Shown piece after piece: positions 26,214 to 34,952 of a stretch of DNA of 35,657 bases. Both the position numbers and the translations under genes were made by a program. Position 1 is the stretch's first letter; each line of letters begins with the position of its first letter. The stretch is taken from the IMG/VR virus record IMGVR_UViG_2740892433_000005, positions 1 to 35,657 of that record; one strand, written 5' to 3'. Source of the stretch: a virus. Taxonomy: Duplodnaviria > Heunggongvirae > Uroviricota > Caudoviricetes. The notes beneath the pieces are model-generated. The model did no database searches and had not been told where the DNA came from. It worked only from the letters and a program-made list of their open reading frames with translations.

Positions 26214-26260
26214 CTATCACACATAACGCAAACATCATTGCACCAAACAAGGAGACAACA

Positions 26261-26449
26261 ATGACTGCAGACCAGGTCAAAGCTCATTTCCGTCGCAATG
26301 GGATCACTTTTACCCAGTGGGCAAAACAGAACAACTACACCAGAGCGGAGGTTTACCGCGTACTGAATGGCCAGGTAAAAGCGAACTACGGCAAAGCCCA
26401 TGAAATCGCTGTAAAGCTGGGATTAAAAACCATCACTGACGCTGCTTAA
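26261..26449 (+). CDS. small DNA-binding regulator, Ner/Cro-like by position
   Basis: 62-aa ORF, AAGGAG 6 nt upstream of ATG; first rightward gene divergent from the repressor; no confident family match by eye. Confidence 0.45.
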   Translation: MTADQVKAHFRRNGITFTQWAKQNNYTRAEVYRVLNGQVKANYGKAHEIAVKLGLKTITDAA

Positions 26450-26498
26450 AAAGATACAGCATACGAAAAAGATTATCACATATTGAAAAGGTGTGCAG

Positions 26499-26804
26499 AT
26501 GAGTAAGGCGAATGTTTCAAGCTCCGGCACCCGTATCCTTCGGGTACTTAAGGCACTGCGCGGTCATGCCCTGAACGGTATTTCCAACGGTGAACTGGCA
26601 GCAGCACTGCACGAGTCACCGGCAAACATCAACCGGGCACTCAACACCCTCATCGAAGAAGGGCTGGCTCTGAAACTGGAAAACGGACGTTTTGCGCCGG
26701 GCATCCAGTTGCTGCAGATCGCCATGGCTCATAACAATGAAATGGCCCATGCCCAGGCCCGTATTAATGAAATCAACCAGCGTGTTATCGCTGGCAGCCG
26801 TTAA
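26499..26804 (+). CDS. putative winged-helix DNA-binding regulator
   Basis: ATG at 26499 preceded by AAAAGGTG; product ..GTRILRVLKALRGHALNGISNGELAAALHESPANINRALNTLIEEGLA.. looks like a winged-helix HTH. Confidence 0.4.
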   Translation: MSKANVSSSGTRILRVLKALRGHALNGISNGELAAALHESPANINRALNTLIEEGLALKLENGRFAPGIQLLQIAMAHNNEMAHAQARINEINQRVIAGSR

Positions 26805-26813
26805 GGAATAACT

Positions 26814-27746
26814 ATGGCTCGTACAAAATCACAACCTGCTGAACTTGTCCCTGACGTGGAACTGAATCCTGAACTGGAATCAACCCAAAATTTAATGGCA
26901 ACAGCTATCAGCCAGATTACTGATGAACGTGACCTGCTGAACCAATTACTTGGCCAAGCACAGATGGCAGGAGCATTCGAAGATTTTTCCCGCACCGTGC
27001 GGACTTCTAAACTGGCTTTTGTCAAAGAAAACAAGCTATACCGAAATTTAAAAGGCTCAAAAAGTCCGCACGGTGCGGAAAAAATGTCAGGAACATGGGA
27101 AGAATTTTGCAGTTTGCTTGGCAGGTCTGTTGATCAAGTAGATCGCGATATTGCCAACCTGAGAACCTTCGGCGAAGAAGCCCTCGAATCCATGTCACGT
27201 ATGGGAATCGGTTACCGTGAATTACGCCAGTTCCGCCGGCTGCCGGACGACCAGAAAAACGCACTCATTGAAGTGGCCAAAGAAGGCGATAAAACGGCCC
27301 TGCTGGAATTAGCAGAAGAAATGATCGCCAGACACACAAAAGAGAAAGAAGAACTTAAAACTGATCTCGAAATCAGCCGTCAGATGCTGGCAGAGAAGAA
27401 AAGTGAAATCGAAGTTCTCAAGGATCAGACTGACGAACTAAAGACAAAACTGACGCGCCGCGCGACAACAGAGACACCTGATGAAGAAGGTCAGGTACTT
27501 GAAACTGAAGCCACCGGTTTTAAGAGCGGTGTACTCAGCGCTCTTATCAACCTCAAATGCGGTTTTGAGGCACTGGCCGAACACGCAGAACGTACAGGTA
27601 TCAGCCATACCCACATTATGACAGGGTTGCTTGATGATATTGAAGCCCGTGTTGTCGATATGCGTCAGCAGTTTGATTTGCCTGACTTCCGCGAGATTGA
27701 TGGCATGCCGGACTGGGTGAAAGAAGCACAGGAAGGGGATGAATAA
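26814..27746 (+). CDS. hypothetical protein with coiled-coil region
   Basis: 310-aa ORF with AAGGA RBS; Glu/Lys-rich central heptad-like segment; AT-rich compared with flanking phage genes; no family recognised. Confidence 0.4.
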   Translation: MARTKSQPAELVPDVELNPELESTQNLMATAISQITDERDLLNQLLGQAQMAGAFEDFSRTVRTSKLAFVKENKLYRNLKGSKSPHGAEKMSGTWEEFCSLLGRSVDQVDRDIANLRTFGEEALESMSRMGIGYRELRQFRRLPDDQKNALIEVAKEGDKTALLELAEEMIARHTKEKEELKTDLEISRQMLAEKKSEIEVLKDQTDELKTKLTRRATTETPDEEGQVLETEATGFKSGVLSALINLKCGFEALAEHAERTGISHTHIMTGLLDDIEARVVDMRQQFDLPDFREIDGMPDWVKEAQEGDE

Positions 27747-28092
27747 CATGGTCGCTTCACATCCGACACCACCAGTAAAAGAACGCGAACCACAAGAAAG
27801 CCTTTTTATGGACAGCCCGGAAGCTCTTGGATACGCGTTATGCACTCTTGTACCAGACATGATGGCGGGATTCAGCATCCTGACAAGTACCGGAGAAATC
27901 AGGATTTCAGCACCCGATGCGCCTGCATTTGCCACTGCAATGGAAACATTACTTCTGGAAAAAATTCACTATATCCAGAACGAACGCAGTGACCATTCTG
28001 CCAACAAACGGGCTGTTGAGGCTGCGGAGAAACTTCTGGAGAACCGTAAGAAATGGAAGCAATGGCAACAAGAAGTGAAGGCTAATTTATGA
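27739..28092 (+). CDS. hypothetical protein
   Basis: 117-aa ORF overlapping the stop of the upstream gene and the start of the transposase gene (ATGA). Confidence 0.35.
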   Translation: MNNMVASHPTPPVKEREPQESLFMDSPEALGYALCTLVPDMMAGFSILTSTGEIRISAPDAPAFATAMETLLLEKIHYIQNERSDHSANKRAVEAAEKLLENRKKWKQWQQEVKANL

Positions 28093-29882
28093 ATCCGGCG
28101 CTGACGCAACGGCTCGTCAGCATAGCCGCCGCCGCTGACGCAGCTATACACGGCGAAAAAGAGGCGGTATACCGGGCGGCGTGTGAAGAATTACAGATGT
28201 CACGCGCCACCCTGCTAAAAAAGCTTAAGGGTGTACGGATGAGCAAACCACGCAAACAGCGATCTGATGCAGGTAAAACGACACTGACTCACGATGAAAT
28301 GCTGACTATTTCTGGTGCATGGCTGGCATCACCTCGCCCTGGTAACGGCAAGAAAGGTTACAGCCTGGAGGATATTGTGGACGGTTTACGCGATAACGGT
28401 CTGATTATTGCTGGTCGAACCGATACTGAGACTGGAGAATTTTTCCCGCTATCAATTGACGCCATCAGTCGCGCCCTCCGCCAGCATCGTATGCATCCCG
28501 ACCAGTTACGGGCACCATCTCCTGCTCTGGAGCTGGCCAGCCTGCACCCAAACCACGTCTGGCAACTGGATGCGTCTATTTGCGTACTGTATTACCTCAA
28601 AAATCCGGCTAAAAAGGCTAAGGGGGACACCGGACTGCGCGTCATGAGCGCAGCAGAGTTCAACAAAAACAAACCCCGCAATTTGGACCGTATTGTCAAT
28701 GACAGGGTGTGGTCATTTGAAATCACCGACCATACCACAGGCTGGATTTACGTCGAGTACCGCTTCGGTGGTGAAAGCGCCGTCAACTTTCTGGAGGTGA
28801 TGATTAACGCCATGCAGGAACGCGGTGGTGCAGACGTGCTGCACGGCGTGCCGAAGATTCTGTTTACTGACCCGGGCTCTGCACTTGTTTCAGCCTCCCT
28901 GCTCAACATGTGCCGGGCGATGGGTATTTGTACCATTCAGCATAAGGCTCACAACGCCCGGGCCACCGGTTCGGTGGAAAAAGCCCGTGACATTATCGAA
29001 CGCAAGTTTGAAGGGGGGCTGCGTTTTCTGAGGGTGGATGATATTGATGAACTGAACCGGCTTGCACGTCTCTGGCGCATGAAGTTTAACCGCACAGCAA
29101 TTCACAGCCGCCACTGTATGTCGCGTACAGATGCGTGGTTGAGAATTACCGAAGAGCAACTGGTAAAAGCCCCGGCACCTGAAATCTGCAGGGAACTGGC
29201 CATCTCTTTACCTGAAGAACGCACTGTTACCGGCAAGTTGCGCGTACCTTTCAGAGGCAAGGAATACGATGTGTCTGATGTTCCTGGTGTATTTGTCGGT
29301 GACAAGGTGATGGTTGCCCGTAATCCCTGGTCAGATGAGGAGGCCAGAGTCGTTATCATCAATGATGAAGGCTTTGAAACCTTCCATGTTATTAACGCAA
29401 TACAGAAAGATGAACTCTGGCAGTACAGCACCAGTGCGCCGGTGATTGGAGAGGAGTACCGTCAGTTACCGGAGACCATTACCCGGACGAACCGCGATGA
29501 GGTGGAGCAACATACCTACGGCACTGCCAGCCGGGAAGAAACAGATGCGGCTAAAAAAGACAAAGCTCTGCCATTCGGTGGTCGCTTCAACCCTTATCTG
29601 GATATTGAGCGCGATGATCATCCTGCCTACCTGCCGAAGCGAGGCCAGGCCTCTGACGTACGCGGACCGCGCACTGAACAGCGTCCCATGACTCATGTGG
29701 AGGCCGCGAAAGCCCTGCGCGATAAGTTCAGCGCCGACGGCCTTACCTGGACGCCGGAACATTACCGCCAGTTAACGGCACAGTACCCGGACGGCGTACC
29801 GGAAGCTGCACTGGATGAAGTCATGGCCACGCTGACCACGCCGGCACGCAGCAGTGTTATCAGCATTGTTAACGGCAACTGA
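28089..29882 (+). CDS. DDE-type transposase (integrase-core, rve-like)
   Basis: 597 aa; N-terminal HTH-like region; candidate catalytic residues in ..HVWQLDASI.., ..ILFTDPGSA.. and a Glu ~35 residues further on, the D-D-35-E spacing of retroviral-integrase-type transposases; followed by an ATPase gene as in Mu A/B and Tn552-type pairs. Confidence 0.7.
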   Translation: MNPALTQRLVSIAAAADAAIHGEKEAVYRAACEELQMSRATLLKKLKGVRMSKPRKQRSDAGKTTLTHDEMLTISGAWLASPRPGNGKKGYSLEDIVDGLRDNGLIIAGRTDTETGEFFPLSIDAISRALRQHRMHPDQLRAPSPALELASLHPNHVWQLDASICVLYYLKNPAKKAKGDTGLRVMSAAEFNKNKPRNLDRIVNDRVWSFEITDHTTGWIYVEYRFGGESAVNFLEVMINAMQERGGADVLHGVPKILFTDPGSALVSASLLNMCRAMGICTIQHKAHNARATGSVEKARDIIERKFEGGLRFLRVDDIDELNRLARLWRMKFNRTAIHSRHCMSRTDAWLRITEEQLVKAPAPEICRELAISLPEERTVTGKLRVPFRGKEYDVSDVPGVFVGDKVMVARNPWSDEEARVVIINDEGFETFHVINAIQKDELWQYSTSAPVIGEEYRQLPETITRTNRDEVEQHTYGTASREETDAAKKDKALPFGGRFNPYLDIERDDHPAYLPKRGQASDVRGPRTEQRPMTHVEAAKALRDKFSADGLTWTPEHYRQLTAQYPDGVPEAALDEVMATLTTPARSSVISIVNGN

Positions 29883-29892
29883 GGAGGAAAAC

Positions 29893-31059
29893 ATGCTGGT
29901 ACTGAAGCAGCAACTGAAAGAGGCCCGTATCCCACAGGCGGTGGTGGCGAGAGCTGTCGATGTTTCTGAGGCCACGCTGGCCCAGATTGTGAATCATAAC
30001 GCGTGGCCCCGCACCAGCCCCGGAGAAGTGCGCCGGCGTCTTGCGTCCTGGCTGGAAAGTCAGGGGATTGATACAACGAAGAGTTTTGATGCTGTACAGG
30101 GCGCAGCCACGCCCCGTACAGCGGGTACCACAGATAAAACGAGCCTCAGTGAGGAAGAGAATATGTTACTCAAAAAACAGGTGTTATTTCCAGCAACCAA
30201 AAAAGCGTTTGGTCTTTTCCGTGACCCGTTCGCCGATGAAGCCATGCAGGGTTCTGATGATGTGTTCACCACCCCGGACATTCGCTACGTGCGTGAGGCG
30301 TTGTACCAGACAGCCCGTCATGGTGGGTTTATGGCCGTCATCGGTGAGTCCGGTGCGGGTAAATCCACGCTGCGCCGCGACCTGACTGAACGTATCAACC
30401 GCGAGAATGCGCCGGTAATTGTTATCGAGCCATACATCATCGCTATGGAAGACAACGATGTGAAAGGGAAAACCCTGAAGGCAGCAGCGATTGCCGAAGC
30501 CATTATCAGTACCATCGCACCACTGGAAAGCATCAGACGCAGTCAGGACGCCCGTTTTCGCCAGTTGCATCGCGTCCTGAAAGACAGCAGCCAGGCGGGG
30601 TTCAGCCACGTTCTGGTGATTGAGGAGGCCCACAGTCTGCCCATTCCGACACTGAAACACCTCAAACGCTTTTTTGAGCTGGAGTCCGGTTTCAAAAAAC
30701 TGCTGTCCATCGTGCTGATTGGCCAGCCGGAACTGGCGACAAAACTGTCTGAACGCAATATGGAAGTCCGTGAAGTCGTTCAGCGCTGTGAGGTGGTCGA
30801 ACTTCTGCCTCTGGACAATAACCTTGAAGAATTTCTGACGTTCAAACTGCAACGGGCCGGTAAACAGCTGACGGACATTATGGACGCCGGTGCAGTGGAT
30901 GCCATACGTGCCCGCCTGAGCAATCCGGGAAGTCACCGTAAAAATATGGTCAGCCTGCTGTATCCGCTGGCCGTCAGTAACCTGGTAATAGCCGCCATGA
31001 ATCTGGCCGCTGAAATCGGGGTTCCACAGGTCAACGCTGACGTTGTCAAAGGGGTTTAA
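29893..31059 (+). CDS. transposition ATPase (MuB-like, AAA+)
   Basis: ATG at 29893 with GAGGAGG upstream; N-terminal HTH-like segment then Walker A ..GESGAGKST.. and Walker B-like ..HVLVIEEAH..; immediately downstream of the transposase. Confidence 0.7.
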   Translation: MLVLKQQLKEARIPQAVVARAVDVSEATLAQIVNHNAWPRTSPGEVRRRLASWLESQGIDTTKSFDAVQGAATPRTAGTTDKTSLSEEENMLLKKQVLFPATKKAFGLFRDPFADEAMQGSDDVFTTPDIRYVREALYQTARHGGFMAVIGESGAGKSTLRRDLTERINRENAPVIVIEPYIIAMEDNDVKGKTLKAAAIAEAIISTIAPLESIRRSQDARFRQLHRVLKDSSQAGFSHVLVIEEAHSLPIPTLKHLKRFFELESGFKKLLSIVLIGQPELATKLSERNMEVREVVQRCEVVELLPLDNNLEEFLTFKLQRAGKQLTDIMDAGAVDAIRARLSNPGSHRKNMVSLLYPLAVSNLVIAAMNLAAEIGVPQVNADVVKGV

Positions 31060-31061
31060 TA

Positions 31062-31331
31062 ATGAAATCCACCACAGGTATCAACCAGCAAATCAGCAAA
31101 GTGCAGTCAGCCATTATGGCGCTTAAGGCGACGAACACGGATGTACAAAGCATCACCATCAGGGGTAACAAACCTGTCATCCGCGTTTCCCGGAGTGCGC
31201 ATTGCATGCGCATGCTTGAGCAGGGAAAGGCCTGTTATCTGTATACCGGACATGACCACAGGGGATATTTCCGTCAGGGCGTTTTCGAACTGCACGGCTG
31301 TCGCGTCGTGTGGCCGGAATCTTTGTGGTAA
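31062..31331 (+). CDS. hypothetical early protein
   Basis: 89-aa ORF starting 3 nt after the ATPase stop, AAAGGGG upstream. Confidence 0.35.
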   Translation: MKSTTGINQQISKVQSAIMALKATNTDVQSITIRGNKPVIRVSRSAHCMRMLEQGKACYLYTGHDHRGYFRQGVFELHGCRVVWPESLW

Positions 31332-31358
31332 TCAGCACAACTGGAGAAATCATAAAAA

Positions 31359-31889
31359 ATGGCAAAAAGTACAAAAGGTGCAAAACGTATCAAGGCCGCA
31401 GCAGCACTCTGGGTGCCGGGGACACGTGAAGAGGTCATTGAGGGAATCAGACTACTCGGTGACGCACAACGTGAACTGGTCAGGGCTGAAACAGAAATGA
31501 ATGACGCCATTGGCGATATCACCGCACGTTATGCCCCGCTCACCGAGAGCCTGAAAAAACGCATGGCCGAACTGCAGTCCGGTATTCAGACATGGTGTGA
31601 GGCACACCGTGATGAACTGACCGGCAACGGGAAGGTGAAGTTCGCTAACCTCACCACCGGCGAGGTGCAGTGGCGAAACCGTCCGCCGTCAGTCAGCATT
31701 CGCGGGGCGGATAATGTCATTGAACTGCTGAGACGTCTGGGGCTTGAGCGCTTTATTCGTGTAAAGGAGGAAATAAATAAAGATGCCATTCTGAATGAAA
31801 AAGAGGCTGTGAAAAATATTCCCGGTATTACCATAAAAAGTGATATTGAGGATTTTTCAATAATTCCTTTTGAGCAGGATGTGCAGTAA
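31359..31889 (+). CDS. gam: host-nuclease inhibitor Gam (Mu Gam-like DNA end-binding protein)
   Basis: 176 aa; long collinear similarity to Mu Gam as I remember it (MAK..KRIK.AAA..VP..R..VI..I...GD.QRE..R.ETEMNDAI..IT....P......WCEA.RDELT..GKVK.ANL.TG.V.WR.RPPSVSIRG.D.V.E.L.RLGL.RFIR.K.EINK.AIL.E..AV....GIT.KS.IEDFSIIPFEQ). Confidence 0.85.
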   Translation: MAKSTKGAKRIKAAAALWVPGTREEVIEGIRLLGDAQRELVRAETEMNDAIGDITARYAPLTESLKKRMAELQSGIQTWCEAHRDELTGNGKVKFANLTTGEVQWRNRPPSVSIRGADNVIELLRRLGLERFIRVKEEINKDAILNEKEAVKNIPGITIKSDIEDFSIIPFEQDVQ

Positions 31890-31931
31890 ACACACCACGT
31901 TAATTATTTAATAAAAACATTTTCTTTTTTA

Positions 31932-31968
31932 TTCCGGCGTCAGCGCCGCGGGCTTCTGCACGCCGGAA
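31932..31968 (+). other. stem-loop in the gam-downstream intergenic region
   Basis: ttccggcgt (31932-31940) and acgccggaa (31960-31968) perfect 9-bp inverted repeat with 19-nt loop, preceded by a T-run and followed by GAGGAG and the next ATG. Confidence 0.3.
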
Positions 31969-31986
31969 ACAGAGGAGAATTAAATC

Positions 31987-32181
31987 ATGATATTTAAATG
32001 TATTCAGTGCGAGAGGGATATAACAGCCCTGCGTTTTCACAGCGCCATCGCCGTGATGTCCGGTAAATACCACATCCCTGCGGTACGCGTCACCCTGGTC
32101 TGCCCGTACTGCAGCCAGCATTTTTCGGCAGACGTGCCCGTCATGGAATTCTCCCGCCCTGACAGGGAGGACTCGCAATGA
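31987..32181 (+). CDS. small Cys-rich protein (zinc-ribbon-like CxxC...CxxC)
   Basis: 64-aa ORF with C-x2-C (CIQC) and C-x2-C (CPYC) pairs about 38 residues apart; GAGGAG RBS. Confidence 0.4.
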   Translation: MIFKCIQCERDITALRFHSAIAVMSGKYHIPAVRVTLVCPYCSQHFSADVPVMEFSRPDREDSQ

Positions 32182-32450
32182 TTACCCCACAGGAAGCACG
32201 ACAGCGCACCCGAACCCTTGTTGAACACTATGTCAACGAGTGTGAATGCCGCGACCTCACCGATGTGAAGCACGTCCTGACGGCGCTAATCAGCATTGCC
32301 GCTCAGGCCATTGTGGCGACCAACGGAAAGGCGGCTGCCCTGCAGGTACTGGTGAACACACTCACCCACACGGCAGAGCATGAGGTGCCGTACCGGATGG
32401 AAACCACTGCAGAAGGCGGCCTGCACATCACCGTCAGCCGGAAGCACTGA
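32178..32450 (+). CDS. hypothetical early protein
   Basis: 90-aa ORF with ATGA overlap to the upstream gene. Confidence 0.35.
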   Translation: MITPQEARQRTRTLVEHYVNECECRDLTDVKHVLTALISIAAQAIVATNGKAAALQVLVNTLTHTAEHEVPYRMETTAEGGLHITVSRKH

Positions 32451-32459
32451 GGGCGCGGC

Positions 32460-32756
32460 ATGACACGGAACACCATACTCACCCGCACCGCCCTCTACCG
32501 TCTGGCCCTGCAGCGTTTCGGGCCGGACGCACAGGCCCTGAAACTGACAGAAGAGGCCGCTGAACTGGCGGCCAGTGCTGCCCGCAATCTGAACGGACAG
32601 GGCAGCGAAAGCGACCTCGCGGCAGAGCTGGCAGACGTGGAAATCATGACAGAGCAATTGCGCCTTCAGGGGATGGACCGGCTGATTGACTTCCACAAAC
32701 AGAAAAAACTGGAACGTCTGGCTGCACGACTGGGCGTGATTTACACGAACGAGTAA
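32460..32756 (+). CDS. MazG-like nucleotide pyrophosphohydrolase domain protein (tentative)
   Basis: 98-aa ORF with ..TEEAAELAAS.. and ..AAELADVEIMTEQL.. acidic helix motifs resembling the EExxE/ExxD pattern of small MazG-type enzymes. Confidence 0.4.
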   Translation: MTRNTILTRTALYRLALQRFGPDAQALKLTEEAAELAASAARNLNGQGSESDLAAELADVEIMTEQLRLQGMDRLIDFHKQKKLERLAARLGVIYTNE

Positions 32757-32770
32757 CCGGGAGGCATTCA

Positions 32771-32986
32771 ATGGCTGACATACTCAGTGAAATCACCGCA
32801 TGGATACTGATTCTTACTGGCCTGGCGACATGCCTCAGTGCGGGGGCAGCCCTGGCTGCCCTGCTGATGCACATAACAACACAGTGGTTATGGGAAAAGC
32901 TTAAAGCAGCATACAGCCTGAAAGAGCTGTCCGACGCTGTCCGGGCATGGAAACGGCAGAAAAATACCGGAGATACAGAACAATGA
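32771..32986 (+). CDS. small membrane protein
   Basis: 71-aa ORF, GGGAGG RBS; one hydrophobic helix (ITAWILILTGLATCLSAGAALAALLM). Confidence 0.35.
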   Translation: MADILSEITAWILILTGLATCLSAGAALAALLMHITTQWLWEKLKAAYSLKELSDAVRAWKRQKNTGDTEQ

Positions 32987-33666
32987 CAGACCAGAATAAA
33001 CACATTGAGAAACTGAAAAAGTTGCTGGCGCTGGCCGCATCCGGCAACCCGCACGAGGCCGCTCTGGCACTGCGCCGAGCCCGTAAACTGATGGATGTTC
33101 ACGGCATCACACATTCCGACATTGCTATGAGTGATATTGATGAAACCATCAGTCATTACTGGCCGACAGGCAGTCTCCGTCCACCGCGCTACATGCTGGG
33201 CCTGATGAACATCATCCGCGAGGCATTTGGTGTTAACTCCATCATTCACCCCGGCACGCATCCGTCTGTGGGGTTCTACGGTAACCGGGAACGAGCGGCA
33301 CTGGCTGCGTACACCTGGGAAGTGCTGGTCCGCCAGCTGAAAAAGGCGCGTCAGCAGTATATCAGCGCACAGAACAAAAGAATAAAAAACGCCACCCGTA
33401 CCAGCCGTGGAGACCAGTTTGCTGAAGGCTGGGTACTGGCCGTTATCAGTGAAATACAGTCCTTTGCCCTGACCGATGATGAGCGTGAACTGATGCAACA
33501 GTGGCTGGAACATAAATACCCGCAGACGCAAACCACCAGGGCGCGTAAACCGGGAAGAAGCCGCAATGGCGACGCCTCGCGCTATGCGGGGTTTCGTGAA
33601 GGGCAGAACGTCAGACTGCACCGCCCGGTCAGTGGGCAGGAACAACAGAAACTGGAGGCCAGATGA
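32983..33666 (+). CDS. conserved phage early protein (DUF2786-like N-terminus)
   Basis: ORF track 32947..33666; ATG at 32983 overlaps the upstream stop (ATGA); N-terminal ..KHIEKLKKLLALAASGNPHEAALALRRARKLM.. matches the motif I associate with this prophage protein family. Confidence 0.4.
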   Translation: MTDQNKHIEKLKKLLALAASGNPHEAALALRRARKLMDVHGITHSDIAMSDIDETISHYWPTGSLRPPRYMLGLMNIIREAFGVNSIIHPGTHPSVGFYGNRERAALAAYTWEVLVRQLKKARQQYISAQNKRIKNATRTSRGDQFAEGWVLAVISEIQSFALTDDERELMQQWLEHKYPQTQTTRARKPGRSRNGDASRYAGFREGQNVRLHRPVSGQEQQKLEAR

Positions 33667-33893
33667 TTACGCTATCAGGTAAAAGCCGGAAATTAAAAGC
33701 CTGCCGAATATCTGCCAGATACCTTTTTGCCCGCGCCTTTTTTAAGAACGTCAGGCCGGGGATCACAATTGGTGTTATTGCCGGACGCGAACAGGTTGAA
33801 AAATACATGTCAGGTGCATGGTGGAATAACGACCCTGTCATTGCTGCCCGTAATATTCATATCAGTTGGGGGGATATTCAGAATGACTACTGA
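33663..33893 (+). CDS. hypothetical early protein
   Basis: 76-aa basic ORF with ATGA overlap to the upstream gene. Confidence 0.3.
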   Translation: MITLSGKSRKLKACRISARYLFARAFFKNVRPGITIGVIAGREQVEKYMSGAWWNNDPVIAARNIHISWGDIQNDY

Positions 33894-34089
33894 AACCATT
33901 GTCTGTTTTCTTTTCTGGTATATGTACGCAGGATCATGCAGCGCAAGACTTCATCGTTCCCTGGGCTATGGCAGGCACTACGACACCGCGCATTACATCC
34001 TGTACATGACCGCCGTCATGTTGTTCTGGCCAGTCACCCTGCCAGCTGCAACCGACATTGTTGCCGACAGACTGAAAAAAAGGAGATGA
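33883..34089 (+). CDS. small hydrophobic protein
   Basis: In-frame ATG at 33883 within ORF 33727..34089, overlapping the upstream stop; product is largely hydrophobic. Confidence 0.3.
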   Translation: MTTETIVCFLFWYMYAGSCSARLHRSLGYGRHYDTAHYILYMTAVMLFWPVTLPAATDIVADRLKKRR

Positions 34090-34090
34090 T

Positions 34091-34540
34091 ATGCAGAAAA
34101 AACGCCTGATACAGCTTATCCATATTGCCCGTAATGAACTGGGTATGGATGAAGACACCTACCGCCAGATGTTACAGGGGCTGACCGGTAAAGCCTCAAC
34201 CAAAGGAATGGATACCACACAACTAAACTGCGTGCTGGAATCCATGAAAAAGAAAGGCTTTCGCGTTAAACCAGCCAGAAAAGCCAGCTCCGGTTTACCG
34301 CTTGATAACCATCCGCAGTCCAGGAAAATTCGTGCGCTATGGCTTGAAATGGCTGCTGCCGGCATTGTTCGTGACCGTTCAGAAAATGCATTAGCGAGGT
34401 GGATCAAGCGGGAAACGGGCATCAGCGCCCTGCGCTGGCTCAGTACTGAACAGGCAAGCAGTGTTATTGAGAAACTGAAGAAGTGGCAGCGCAGAGCTGC
34501 GGGAGTCAAACATGAGCGACCTGAATCAGTTTCGAAGTAA
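34091..34540 (+). CDS. gemA: GemA-like protein (Mu gp16 family)
   Basis: 149 aa; AGGAG RBS; N-terminal ..LIQLIHIARNELGMDEDTYRQMLQGLTGKAS.. fits the Mu gp16/GemA pattern as remembered; located just upstream of the Mor-like gene as in Mu. Confidence 0.55.
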   Translation: MQKKRLIQLIHIARNELGMDEDTYRQMLQGLTGKASTKGMDTTQLNCVLESMKKKGFRVKPARKASSGLPLDNHPQSRKIRALWLEMAAAGIVRDRSENALARWIKRETGISALRWLSTEQASSVIEKLKKWQRRAAGVKHERPESVSK

Positions 34541-34910
34541 GGGGCCGGAACTCCTGGTGGAACTGGCACAGCATACCTCTGAGACCGTTCGCGAGATTAT
34601 TGATATTGAGCCCGAAGTTGCCGACCAGATTGGTCAGGCCGTCGCGAACCGAATGATGCAGGTCTGGGGCGGGCAAAACGTTTATTTTCCTATGGGCATG
34701 GTATGGAAGGTCAGTCAGCGCGACCGGGAAATCTTCAGGGAGTTTAACGGACGCAACCACCACGAACTGGCCCGCAAGTTTGGTGTTTCGCTTCAGTGGG
34801 TCTACAGCGTGGTTAAGCGGGTCAGAAAAGAAGAACTGGATCGGATGCAGGGCAGGTTGTTTGATGAAGATCTGCCAGAGGAGACGAAAGACGTTAACAA
34901 ATCCAGATAA
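34512..34910 (+). CDS. mor: Mor/C-family transcriptional activator
   Basis: 132 aa; C-terminal ..GGQNVYFPMG....RDREIFREFNGRNHHELARKFGVSLQWVYSVVKRVRK.. matches the Mor/C HTH region pattern (..GGQ.VYIP.G......R...I...FNGRN...L...YGV....VY..IRR.R.); last gene of the rightward operon. Confidence 0.7.
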   Translation: MSDLNQFRSKGPELLVELAQHTSETVREIIDIEPEVADQIGQAVANRMMQVWGGQNVYFPMGMVWKVSQRDREIFREFNGRNHHELARKFGVSLQWVYSVVKRVRKEELDRMQGRLFDEDLPEETKDVNKSR

Positions 34911-34952
34911 TTCCTGCTTGTTAAAGTCCTTTCAAAAATCTCCTTATTGTAT

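Noticed and set aside
25826-26401. Long form (191 aa) of the repressor ORF
   Set aside because: The N-terminal extension would be translated across the operator/promoter region and the start of the Ner-like gene on the opposite strand; the in-frame ATG at 26179 gives a compact HTH protein with the divergent promoter region intact.
30184-30936. 250-aa minus-strand ORF
   Set aside because: Antisense within the MuB-like ATPase gene, whose Walker motifs and operon coupling support the plus-strand reading.
32644-33645. 333-aa minus-strand ORF
   Set aside because: Antisense to several coupled early genes (MazG-like, DUF2786-like); no start context; product has no recognisable features.
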